A stretch of 55,633 nucleotides of DNA, filler included, from Sphacelaria rigidula (taxonomy: Eukaryota): the NCBI GenBank assembly GCA_964200075.2. It is 2 parts of 2 records of this genome, joined end to end, with 100 filler letters (N's around TTAATTAATTAA, not from the genome) between each part and the next. Parts side by side here need not be neighbours in the genome. Positions count along the whole stretch, not along the records: positions 27,908 to 55,633 come from CAXNAA020000110.1; 1 more part is not named here. One strand, given 5' to 3'. The notes beneath the pieces are model-generated. The model did not search any database. It worked only from the letters and a program-made list of their open reading frames with translations, and was not told where the DNA came from. The translations under genes were made by a program, and so were the position numbers. Shown piece by piece: positions 37,144-47,360 of this stretch (position 1 is the stretch's first letter; each line of letters starts with the position of its first letter).

Positions 37144-37301
37144 CATATTTTCATGTCAACACCAGCACACTGTGTAGCAGTTAAAATATCATCAACAGCG
37201 CCCGTCATTACAGGATGAGGGTTATGTATGCCACACACACACACACACCCCCCTCCCCTTACCTCCCCAATGCGAAGGGGTGAACAACATCCCTTCCGCA
37301 C

Positions 37302-37584
37302 CTTCTTCCGGCACCCCCCCTGCCCCTCTATCTCTAAGCCGTGGATCCAACGATTTTTCATCTTCGTCTGGGTTTGCATGACCGAGAGTTGGTGGCGCCG
37401 CGGTCCCTGTCCCCGTCTCCTTCCCGAACTTCTCGGCTGCTGCACCTGCCGCTACTGATGCTGTGGTTGCCGCTGTCGCCGGCATGATGCTCATGGCCGG
37501 CTTGTGGTCGTTGTGGTGGTCACCCGAGTCTTCCCTGTCCGATCTCGTTCCTTCACCCGCTCCCTTCGGGTGTACCACCAGTTG
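37302..37584 (-). CDS. Exon 2 of LysM-TLDc protein (LysM end + linker)
   Basis: Acceptor CCACCAG|; QLVVHP completes LysM ...LITGQ|QLVVHP; phase-1 donor at 37301 (alternative in-phase GTAAGG donor at 37262). Confidence 0.8.
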
Positions 37585-39059
37585 CTGGTGGAGACGTTGG
37601 GGCGTGAAGGTGAGCACAGGTAGGAGTGTGTGTGTGTGTGTGGGGGGGGGGGGGGGCAAAGTTTGATAAAAAAACACCCAAGGGGTTAAATAAAAAAGTA
37701 ATATCACCCTAATCCCACCANNNGGGGGGGGGGGGGGCGGGGGGGGGGGGGGGGGGGGGATGGTGGGGGGGGGGTGGGGGGGGGGGGGGGGGGGGGGGCA
37801 AGATTTGATAAAACAACACTCGTAGGTATGAATCAAAGATATATGCTCCTCGTATCCCATCAGTTCCCCTGCTCCCACGACCACGATCTGAATCATCACC
37901 CACTTAAAGTTAATTTCATCACTCTCGCTAAAATTCCAGGATGCGAAATATACGGCGGTGGGCACAGCTTTGTTGTTTTCACCACATCAATTCAAGCCTA
38001 GAGAATTACCCATCGGCGTGACTCGTTGTGGACCACTGCTAGAGCGAATCTTATGGATATCATCAGGGAGTTAGCACCCATGTGGGTCTTGTTCGACGAT
38101 GGAGTAAACATAATATGGAAACTAATTCCCGAAGTAAGTAGCTCGACAACCGCATTGGACGTGATATTCATCCCTGTGGTCAAAAGATTGCGTTATTTTC
38201 CGTCACTCGTGAATGGTGGAGCTCGGGTTTTACTTCCTGCACATGCATACATTGCTATTATTTTTTCGAATAGACAAATCGGCTTGTAGACTAGGACGGG
38301 GAAAAGGAGGGTGACCGATGAACTCCAACTCCAGGTAGATTAGTCACGTACATACTTCGTATCCTACTGGGGGGGGGGCGAGCTATGGATGATGGCGAAT
38401 ACTGAAGAATTGAATATTATGGTACCTAGGTACCTGTTTCGGCACACGACGAAACTCAAATGCACTTCAGACTGGCTCAGATTGAATACCCGAAATTTAT
38501 TGCCCGGCTAATTACGAACGTAATACCCAGCCAATATGCACAAATGTGGTATCATACTGACCGCAATGAACAGACAAAAAGGGTGACATTGCCGGACTTT
38601 TGTCCAAGGCTATAACGGTGGCGCTATGGACAAAAATATGTCTCGACCAATCCGCGCCTTTCAAATTGCTCGGAAATTGAAAACACGAATTCCAAGCTAA
38701 ATCTCCACCGAATCTCCACATGGTTCAAATCGTAGTAACCACCATCAGCTTGGGAATCTAACGGGAGGAACAGAGTTGAAAACTGTTCCAACGGGGTCGA
38801 ATTTTGCAGGGATATGTACGGATAGAACCGTGGTCTTACGGATCGACGACTGTAGCGTCAGAGCCAAAAATAAATATGAGTAAAAGAGGGAACACGAAAA
38901 AGTAACCGGTACGGGGATTCGATCCGCGCACACTCCGCTTTGAACGGATTCATAATACGGCTCCTGCTACGGATTTACAGCGTAATCGCTCATCTGCAGA
39001 CGCCTGCATGACATCACGCACCTTTGCAAAATTTCATGTCACGTTGCAATGGGCTTTAA

Positions 39060-39270
39060 CCCTCACACGGCGGTGTGGGTAGTCCGTCTGGATAATGCAT
39101 ACTTTTTTTTGAGTGAAAATTGAAGCCGATTCAGCAGGTGACTACTACCCTCGAGGTCAAGGGGTTAACCACTAAGCCCCGAGGATAGGCCATCTGCTGA
39201 ATCGGAATCTATTTTCGCTTGAAACAAGAATGCGTGATCCAGATGGACTACCCGCACCGTGGTCCAGGGG
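39060..39270. mobile_element. Two inverted ~102-105-bp TTAA/CCC MITEs sharing a central TTAA
   Basis: TTAA(39056)-CCCT...GGGG-TTAA(39165)-CCAC...AGGGG-TTGA; the two halves are mutual reverse complements. Confidence 0.7.
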
Positions 39271-40299
39271 TTGACTAGTCCTTTCCCTCGCAACCGTGAA
39301 TCTGTCAGTTGCTACTCGCCCGCCGCTGTACGTTTGTTCTAGAGTTTGTCAATCTGAAGGTGACATGAGGAAGCACTTCCAATTTGCTAGAAGCGTTGGT
39401 TGTTTCCGCTGATTTGCCAGCGGAATGTCTCCGTGGTTCACCAGCAACTGGAATGAATGGACGGGGAGATAGGGGATGTAGCGAAAAGGTGAATGCAAGC
39501 TGATCTCGGGGCTTGGAACAAGCTTGGAACCCTACAAAATTTCCGAGTTGAGTGATAATTTTTGGAACGTTCGGCGTCTGTACTTCCAGCAGCTTTGGGT
39601 CCTCACTTCAAAATCATTGGGCTGTACAGTTGCAGCGGGTGGCCATGTAGCCAGTGCTATAGCAGTCCGAATACAAACTAGGCGAATTTTGTAATTTGGC
39701 ATATATTTTTTATTTCTCGCAAAACTTCTTTCTCTTAGCACTCGGAAATGCTAGGGTCAACAGATATTGGGAAAATAAACAGGTCTTGCTCAGGACACAA
39801 TGCCCAAGTTGATGTCGTCGGGGTGATACAGAGTGAAGATCTCCTTCATCGGGAGGGTGTTATCGGTCTCCGTTACACAAAACAATGAGTATTTCAGCTC
39901 TAGCGCAATGGATATGTAGAATTTCAGAAAAAAAATCATTCTCACTTTTTTATGAGAACGATCGGGATTGGTTCCACCCAGCAAAAATACCGAACAGTCA
40001 CAGCCTAGGGCTTTGTAGTCGGACGACCCCGGAGAACCGGTCACCCCGTAAGCCGGTCAATATTGAGTTCAGCAATCAGTGTTTTTTTTTAATCTGATGC
40101 GGATGCTAGTATCTCCCGATCCCCGAGCTTTGAGATCAAACTTTTACGTGGTGAGCGGTGGCGCGCGAAAAATCGCCAAAAAATACTCAATTACAAAACT
40201 CGCTAGAGTAAGTTCGCATGCGGACTACTTACACTACATGCCGTGACGCCCCAGTACTAGCGCAACCGCGAGTGACAATCACTCCCGGCATATGTGCAG

Positions 40300-40510
40300 G
40301 GGGTCATTCTTCCGTTTCGAAGAAACATCGGATTATCGTCGTTGCAATCGTGAGCACGTGGGTAGCAAAGCAGAGCCTATTTGACGAGAGGCGCCGCGGT
40401 TCGAGCAGGAATGCTGATCCACACCCGCGGTACCAAAATGTAAGGCGTGTACTACACGGGGAGAGATGAGCTGATCCCCTCACGGACCCCTCCCGAAGAT
40501 GAGGAGGAGT
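40300..40510 (+). mobile_element. SINE-like repeat, 3' part
   Basis: Shares the 3' block with the 29150-29220 and 28380-28450 copies. Confidence 0.5.
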
Positions 40511-41030
40511 TGGAAGTGTGAAGAAAAGCACGAAACAAAAAAAAACAGTCGAGAAAGAGGAACGCGGTACATACCAGACAGTGCATATGTACGGACAGGA
40601 TACGATGGTTTACACTGATATCAAGTCATATTTCACCATAGCTCGTGTTCACTGAACTGGGGTAAACTAACTCTACATGCTACATGCCTCTCCCACCCCG
40701 GTGGGAAGGATAATCCGCTCCAACCGCATCATTGGGGATTACCTCCGTTCTGTTTCGAGAAAATTCGCCATATCAGGCTGAAATCGCCCCCTGAGATTCG
40801 GACCCCTCAGGTCTGGGGGGGGCGATCATTAATGAGGCGTTTGGCGGTCGTATTGACGGTTGCAAGCTCAACTCCTGAGCCCGCATCACGGGGTCATTTG
40901 GGTACACAAAACTCTAGAGCACAGCGAGAACCAGACGCAGCTCACAAACACCACATATTGCCAACATTTTGAACGATCAGGCAACCCTACAGGCTGGTTC
41001 ATGGAAAACCACCAAATACACTCTTCGGCA

Positions 41031-41436
41031 AAACTTCACGCCGTTTTAACCCCTTTCAAACCCACTGACGATTTTTGTTATCGTGAATCAGCATAATTTT
41101 GACTTGAAGGTGACTCGAAATGATGCTGATTCACGATAACAAAAATCGTCAATAGGTTCCAAAAGGGTTAAGGAGTTAGACCCTGATAATTTGCACATGT
41201 GTTCTATGGGTCATTACGCAACTTTGCAAGAACGAGTTTTTTTTCTTCACTTTTTTACCTTCTTCACCGTTTTTCCAGCGTCCCAGTTTCGTCGGGAAAA
41301 CTTCGATCGAGTCGGACCCCCGTAAAACGGTAACAAAAAAAACGAAAAAAAATCGTCCTTGCAAAGTTGCGTAATGACCCATAGAACACCTGTGCAAAAT
41401 TTCAGGGTCTAACTCCTTAAAACGGCGTGAACTTTT
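41031..41436. repeat. Fold-back element with a MITE inserted in its left arm; a further related arm at ~41690-41840
   Basis: GGAGTTAGACCCTGA.AATTTGCACA.GTGTTCTATGGGTCATTACGCAACTTTGCAAG is inverted at ~41358-41416. Confidence 0.85.
41050..41167. mobile_element. piggyBac-like hairpin MITE (118 bp)
   Basis: TTAA-CCC...GGG-TTAA; perfect inner stem TGACGATTTTTGTTATCGTGAATCAGCAT / ATGCTGATTCACGATAACAAAAATCGTCA. Confidence 0.9.
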
Positions 41437-43806
41437 TCGCGTTTGAGCGATGGACCTTGCCGTGCCACGGTGGAGTGGCAAACTAGTCGATTCTTGTATG
41501 AAAATGGCGTTTTCGGGCCTTTTTCGACGTGGAGCATGAAAACTCAAGCACCAGTTGGTCGAGTTTGGCCACGAAACTTTGAGGGGTTTTTCCTTGCGTA
41601 TTGCGGTGGCAGCGCGTTTGCGAAAATACTGAAAAAATTGCTGTAGGGCCGGTTTTCGGGGGTCCCAGGATGGATTACTTCGAAAAACAGACTTGGATCC
41701 CGTCGGACCTCCGAAAAACGGTAAAAAATTAAAGAATTAGAAAAACTTTGTTGATCGAAACTTGCGTAATGGTTCATGGCATATTTGTGCAAAGTTTCAG
41801 GTCTAACTCCTACTAAATGTGAAGATTTGCGCGTTTATGCGAGGATGTGAGCTTAAAACGTGCAAACTCCTAACTACTTGGTTTGAGTATCCAAACATCT
41901 TTGAGAGTGAATTTTAAGTCAAGGCAGGAAAAATTGTATGAGATTTTCGAGTTTCTCCACCAAAAATTGTACATGTGTTCCTTGGACCATCCTGGGACGC
42001 ATTATATTATTATTATTTATTTTGAGTCGTTCTGTACCGCCTTTCAGGGGTCTTTGTACTGAGGCCCCCGGAAGCCGGTAAAGAGCGGAGAAACTTTGAA
42101 CCCTTGCAATGAACACAATTTTTCCATTTGGAGCATCAATTTCTACGAAAGTGCCAAGTTTGAGGATGATCTGAGCTTTTCTACAACAGATACAAGGGAA
42201 ATCGTCACGAGGCTCCCTGGGTCTTTCCTGCGTATCATGAGTGGAAATTAGAAGACGTCAAACTCCACATCACCGAAACATTATGGTTTCGGGTATAATT
42301 CGATCCCGTTGGAACCGTTTTCGAATCCGTTCCTCCCGTTAGATTTCCAAGCTGATGGCGGTCACTACGATTTGAAAAGCATGTGAAGATTCGGTGGAAA
42401 TTGGGCTTGAGATTCATATTTTCAATTTCGGAACAGTTTGAGAGGCGCTGATTGGTCGAGACACATTTTTGTCCATAGCACCACCGGTATAACCTTGAAA
42501 AAAAATCTGGCTATGCCACCCTGTTCGTCTGCTCATTGCGGTCAGTATGATACCATGTATGCGACTATTGGGTGGGTACTGCAGAAGGCATTTGCTGATG
42601 ACAGATTTTTTTTTTTCCCCGTGAACCAGCCTGTAGTCTCGCTCACAACAGCATCGCGGTTGTCGAATATTTGACACAAGAGAAACACGCGAGTGACGTT
42701 TACGGCCTTGAATATCAGCTCCATTCGACATCGAGCATCCACCGCTCACAGTGTGTCTTGGCGTAACGCCCGCTACACTGGGAATTCAACGGAGCTTTTG
42801 GTATCAACATGCAGGTAGGAAAAAGGCCGTCCTAACCATGCTGATTTTGGCCAGAGCGTTACCGCGCTTACACAAGCAGTGCCTATAATAGTTACACATA
42901 CCAAATACAGCGATTTTTTTTTGTGTCAACATATTCATCAGTTTGTGACACGGCCAAATCTTTCACCATCACATCAACAGAATCCAAGGCCACTCCTTGT
43001 GCTATGACAATTATATATCTCCCAAAAGCATTATCTGCGCGATCCAGCGTCGATTTTCGCTTGATTACGGGGGTGTAGCGGATTGTGCCGCCTCTCTCCA
43101 AGAGATGTGATTCCAGAATTCGATCTTTATTGGGGAGAGCTTGGAGGTTTCTGTGCGTTGCTTGAGGAATCCTTTGTTCGGCCAAACAAACTGGGCGCAC
43201 GGATGGTCGGAGAAGTGCGCTGGAATCCTCCTGGAGTGTACAAAGTCTTTCCGAGGTGGCGCAATCCGGCGAAAATCCAACATCAAATCCCCAACAGTAT
43301 ACGTACAAGTTCTCGGAGTTATATTCTTCTTGAAGCATAGAAGCGGTCCAAGATGGGTTCGGGTGATTACGGACAAAACCCACCTTTACCCTAATTACAC
43401 CCACCGTTGCGATCGGGCCGAAGCTTCGACATACCCAGATTGCTCACCATGAGAGTTGTCGGCCTGCAATCAAACACGAACCAACTGTTCGTTCCGTCGA
43501 TGGTTAAGCCAAACTAAACAGCGATCGAATACATGCTGTTGTTTGGGTGTGGACCACACATTCGGTTCTTCACGGGGCTCACAGCCCCAAGAGCTCGCCG
43601 GGGCGCGCGCGCAGCTCCTGCAGCACTCGTACTGGGAAATATCGGCACTTCAGGCACAGATTTGATCCGAACAAAGCACACGTTGTCTGGGATGCTCCGT
43701 GCGCTTACCTTGACCAAAGGTTCTGCGTTTGCCTTGGGTGAGATTTAAGTTTAAGGTTCGCGTTACCGCTTAACAAAAACAACGTGTGATCTACGCAAAA
43801 AGTTAA

Positions 43807-43908
43807 CGCTCGAACCGCGATGCGGGTAGACCATCTGAATCACACATACTTTTATCAAGTGAAATTGATACCGATTCAGCAGGTGACCTATACCCTCGCG
43901 CTCGGAGG
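43807..43908. mobile_element. ~102-bp TTAA/CCC MITE family copy (decayed)
   Basis: Follows TTAA; core CCATCTG.ATCAC.CATA.TTTTATCAAGTGAAATTGAT.CCGATTCAGCAGGTGAC. Confidence 0.65.
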
Positions 43909-46900
43909 TTCAATCTCGCCCAACTCGGGTAATGCCACCCCCTTAGAAAGGTGCCAACCGTGTGGGTGATCGCAGGAACCCTTGTCATCTCACCGCAGTA
44001 GGTCATCTCAATCACCTGCAATCATAAGAGTAAGAGTCGGTACCTCAGCTGCTTGACTTGGCATCGTTGGGATCCTCACTTGGGAAAAACGTGAGCACAC
44101 AAAGGCCGGCCCAGGAAGGCCCCGCGGAAGTGCCCATGGATTTCGCTCGTCAATTCTTTTTAAGAACGAAGAGGAAGGTTCCGAAGAAACGGCATGTTGA
44201 CCAGTTGCTCGTCAGGGTGTGGGCGCATGTTCACGAGCGGCGACAACTTGTGGAACCTCAAATAGATTCTCGATGCCCCCCAAACAGCGCGCGCCGTTTC
44301 TCGCACGCCGCATGCACAAACGCGAGCCCGAAATCTCAAAAGATACGTCTCGACTCAAATATCTGGCCATCAGTGCCGCGTTCGTAAAATCTGAAGCGAA
44401 ACTATTTTCGACAGACATCACAGCGGTGAACAAGAGTGGGCATAAAACCGCTAACGCAACGCATTGATTGCCTAGCAATTGTTGTCAAAACTAAAAAAAA
44501 ATCGTCGACTCATCACTCTAGAGCACCGTATACGGTCTTTCGTACACGTATTCTCAGTCAGGCATCTCAACCACTGGATCCCCTGAGCAGAGGCTAGTTT
44601 CCAGTACAGTAGTGGGCGCTCTAAGTATTCTTGGGTGTTTCGGGGTTTTCCTCGCGTACTGCTCTTGGATAGAACTCGAAATTGCTACCGTCGCTAGATT
44701 TTAGTACAATGAACACATCGTGGTCGAAAACAGTGCCCAAGTCAGTGTTAGTTGACGTTATCGGGAGATACGAGTAAATGCCCCGTTTATCAGGAGGGTG
44801 TTTTTGACCGTGAAACACAGTTTTTCGGCTCTGGTTCAATGGGTGGGTAGAATTAAAAAAAAAAAACTATACATTTCTTCATAAATATGACCGGGAGAGG
44901 CTCGATCGATCGAAAATACCGAAGAGTAAGAATCTGGGCTGAAACGTGGCAGGACCCCCCATGATCGGTCAGCCCGTAAGTGGCTCAAAATGGAGTACAG
45001 ATGATAGTTTTTTTTGGAATGAGGAGCGGATACAAATATCTTCAGATGACCAATGCCATAAGCGGTGGCGAGTGAAAAGAGCCCTAGAAAATTGTTAATC
45101 ACGAAAACTCACAAAATGCCACAAAATGGATGGTTAGATCGCCCACCACTGTAATATCAACCATGAACATTTGTAGCCCAACGCCGGTAAACTCTACCGC
45201 GTAAGCACCAGCACATTGACATCTTCCCGGAACGGCATTTCCCAAGTGAAAGTCCCGGGAGACAAGAAGGGTTGATTAGCAAATCGGCGTCATGATCACT
45301 TGTAAAATGAGTGTTAGCTTCAGGTGAGAGTCTGCGGGTGCTTGAATTCGAAAGCAACGAAGATCAGCACAGAGACGTTCGAGTGTGCGGTGGAGGTTTG
45401 TAGGGCGCAAGGTCCGAGTGGTGTTGAGACGACAATGAAGTGTTACCTATATCGGGTGCGTTGCGGCCCATGCAGACCGGCGGGGAAGTGCGCCTATTGT
45501 AGTCCCCTATTCTTCACCACATACTGCGCCCCGTAAAGACACTGTCAACTCTCCGACAGCCAAGGGGGGTTGGCTGCCTGTCGAGTTGGCATTATCTCCA
45601 TTCGAAAATGACTGGAGGACCCAGATGACCTACCCTGGTGATCAAATGGATCATACTCTCTTCACAAGCCACAACAGTCGTACAAGACGCCATGATGACG
45701 CTGCAGGACAGACCAAATCAACCGTTAACTGGGTCTCGGCGATTTAGGGACGACTGAAGGGCTTCTCGTGCAGAGACGCACACCCGGCCACTACTGCCAC
45801 AACTGATGACCGTGCGAATACTTGACATGGAATACTTACCACCGTCCAACAAGAACAACTTCATGAGTGCAAATAGGCCCCAGTGCTGATAGATCAACTG
45901 GCTGTTCAATCGAACTCGCGCAACATGCGCCCGTCCGCCTGTGGTATGGTGGTGTCATGTATCGGCCTGCGTTGTGCTTACCCCATATTTGCTTCGCCCT
46001 TTTACCGGACAGTGCAACAACTTCACCGTACAGCTCGCTGTAAAGTGATGTAGGGCGCTCTGGAGAGGTTGAATCACTGCGTTCCCTGGCACAGCTAGCT
46101 TCCTCTACTGCTCCTTTTTTCCCGTCAACTTTCTCTGTCCTAAAAGTCATCATGCGAACTCTTGCGCATGAGGAGCAACCACCCTTTTCCCGACCGTGTG
46201 CGTCGGAATTATCGACGGTGCTGTGGCGAAAGCAGTGGTCTCGCCTCCATCTCTTGACCGGACGCTGGGGAATCGATGCCGCTGAGGGGTGTTACACCCT
46301 ATTTTGCGCCATGGGGTAGTACTACGATCGTACTCAACACCATCCTTCAACTTTGAGAGAACGCTCGGAAGGAAACCAAAATGTTTCTCGAACCCTTCCA
46401 GGGATATGACAACTGGTTTGAACAGGACACACGAATGCGAGAGAAATACGGGCCTTGCTGTTGAGAAATGCATCAAAAGCATCACAGGTTGAGAAAGAGC
46501 CCGCCATAACGAAACACGCCCTTCCAGTTCTCGTGGAAAGCTTTCGATAATCCGAAATGTCTTGATCGTATCAGAATGATCGGATTCGGTTTCCGCGTTA
46601 CGCAAGACAGGAAAACGTGCCGAGAAGAGCGCCACCCCAGCAAGTGTTAACCGAAAGCTTCACTCTCGGCTACTTCCCAACGTCCTACCATAGTTCGTTG
46701 TTTTATTCGCCCTTCGTCAGCTACAGTAAGTTTGGAAAGAACAACAGATGATCAACCACAACTCGCAGCATCAAGAACATCTTCAAAAGAAGGGGGACTC
46801 CAGTGCTTGCTTACCGTGAGGTATACAGACAGAAGTGAACATCCAAAAAAATCTTTCGTGTGTGTTGGACCAGATCTCGTTTGAATTTTGTTTGTAAAGG

Positions 46901-47222
46901 TTGAAACTATTGACCCTTTGCACGAGAGGGTAGGTCACCTGGTCATGAAGTGATTTTAGACTGAAATTCGTGTTAATTCAACACATGACTCATGCGCGAA
47001 GCCAAAAAGTTTATCAATAGTGCGGCGTTCTGGTAACAGGAAAGCGCATACGGACACGAAAGAGCGATCGTGCATGTTCTTCGGATTTCAATCCCAGCCT
47101 TTCGGGCAACCTCTCCGATCCCAGCCCTCTCCTTAGCAGTTCCCCTCCCCCCCGCATGTGCGGACGTTCAAAGGCAGCAAAAAGGTGGAAACATGAGCAC
47201 GGGGCATGGACGAGAAGCGTAC

Positions 47223-47360
47223 CTGTCCTGTGATGAGCGAGATCGTACCAAACATGTGGTTCGCGCGTTTAAGCTCTGATTTTGTCACGCCCAGCCTCAG
47301 GGCCACCCCTGCGAGGGTGTCTCCGCGCTGCACGATGTACGTTGTCGAATTATCCTGCAT
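47223..47360 (-). CDS. LysM exon (first identified exon) of LysM-TLDc protein
   Basis: MQDNSTTYIVQRGDTLAGVALRLGVTKSELKRANHMFGTISLITGQ is a canonical LysM; donor CAG|GTACGC; start uncertain (ATG 47360 or 47402, or acceptor at 47354). Confidence 0.9.

Larger units (their letters stand above)
38524..42578. mobile_element. 4-kb region bounded by ~280-bp inverted repeats (possible old non-autonomous DNA transposon)
   Basis: 38524-38803 is the imperfect reverse complement of 42297-42578; outer ends TA-CCCAGCCAATA / TATTGGGTGGG-TA. Confidence 0.55.

Noticed and set aside
37700..37800. Poly-proline ORFs / G-quadruplex signal
   Set aside because: Poly-G next to Ns, likely low-quality or simple-repeat sequence; the same applies to 55558-55633
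41172..41416. Separate TTAA-flanked element GGAGTTAG...CTAACTCC
   Set aside because: Symmetry continues beyond both TTAA sites, so they are internal to a larger fold-back
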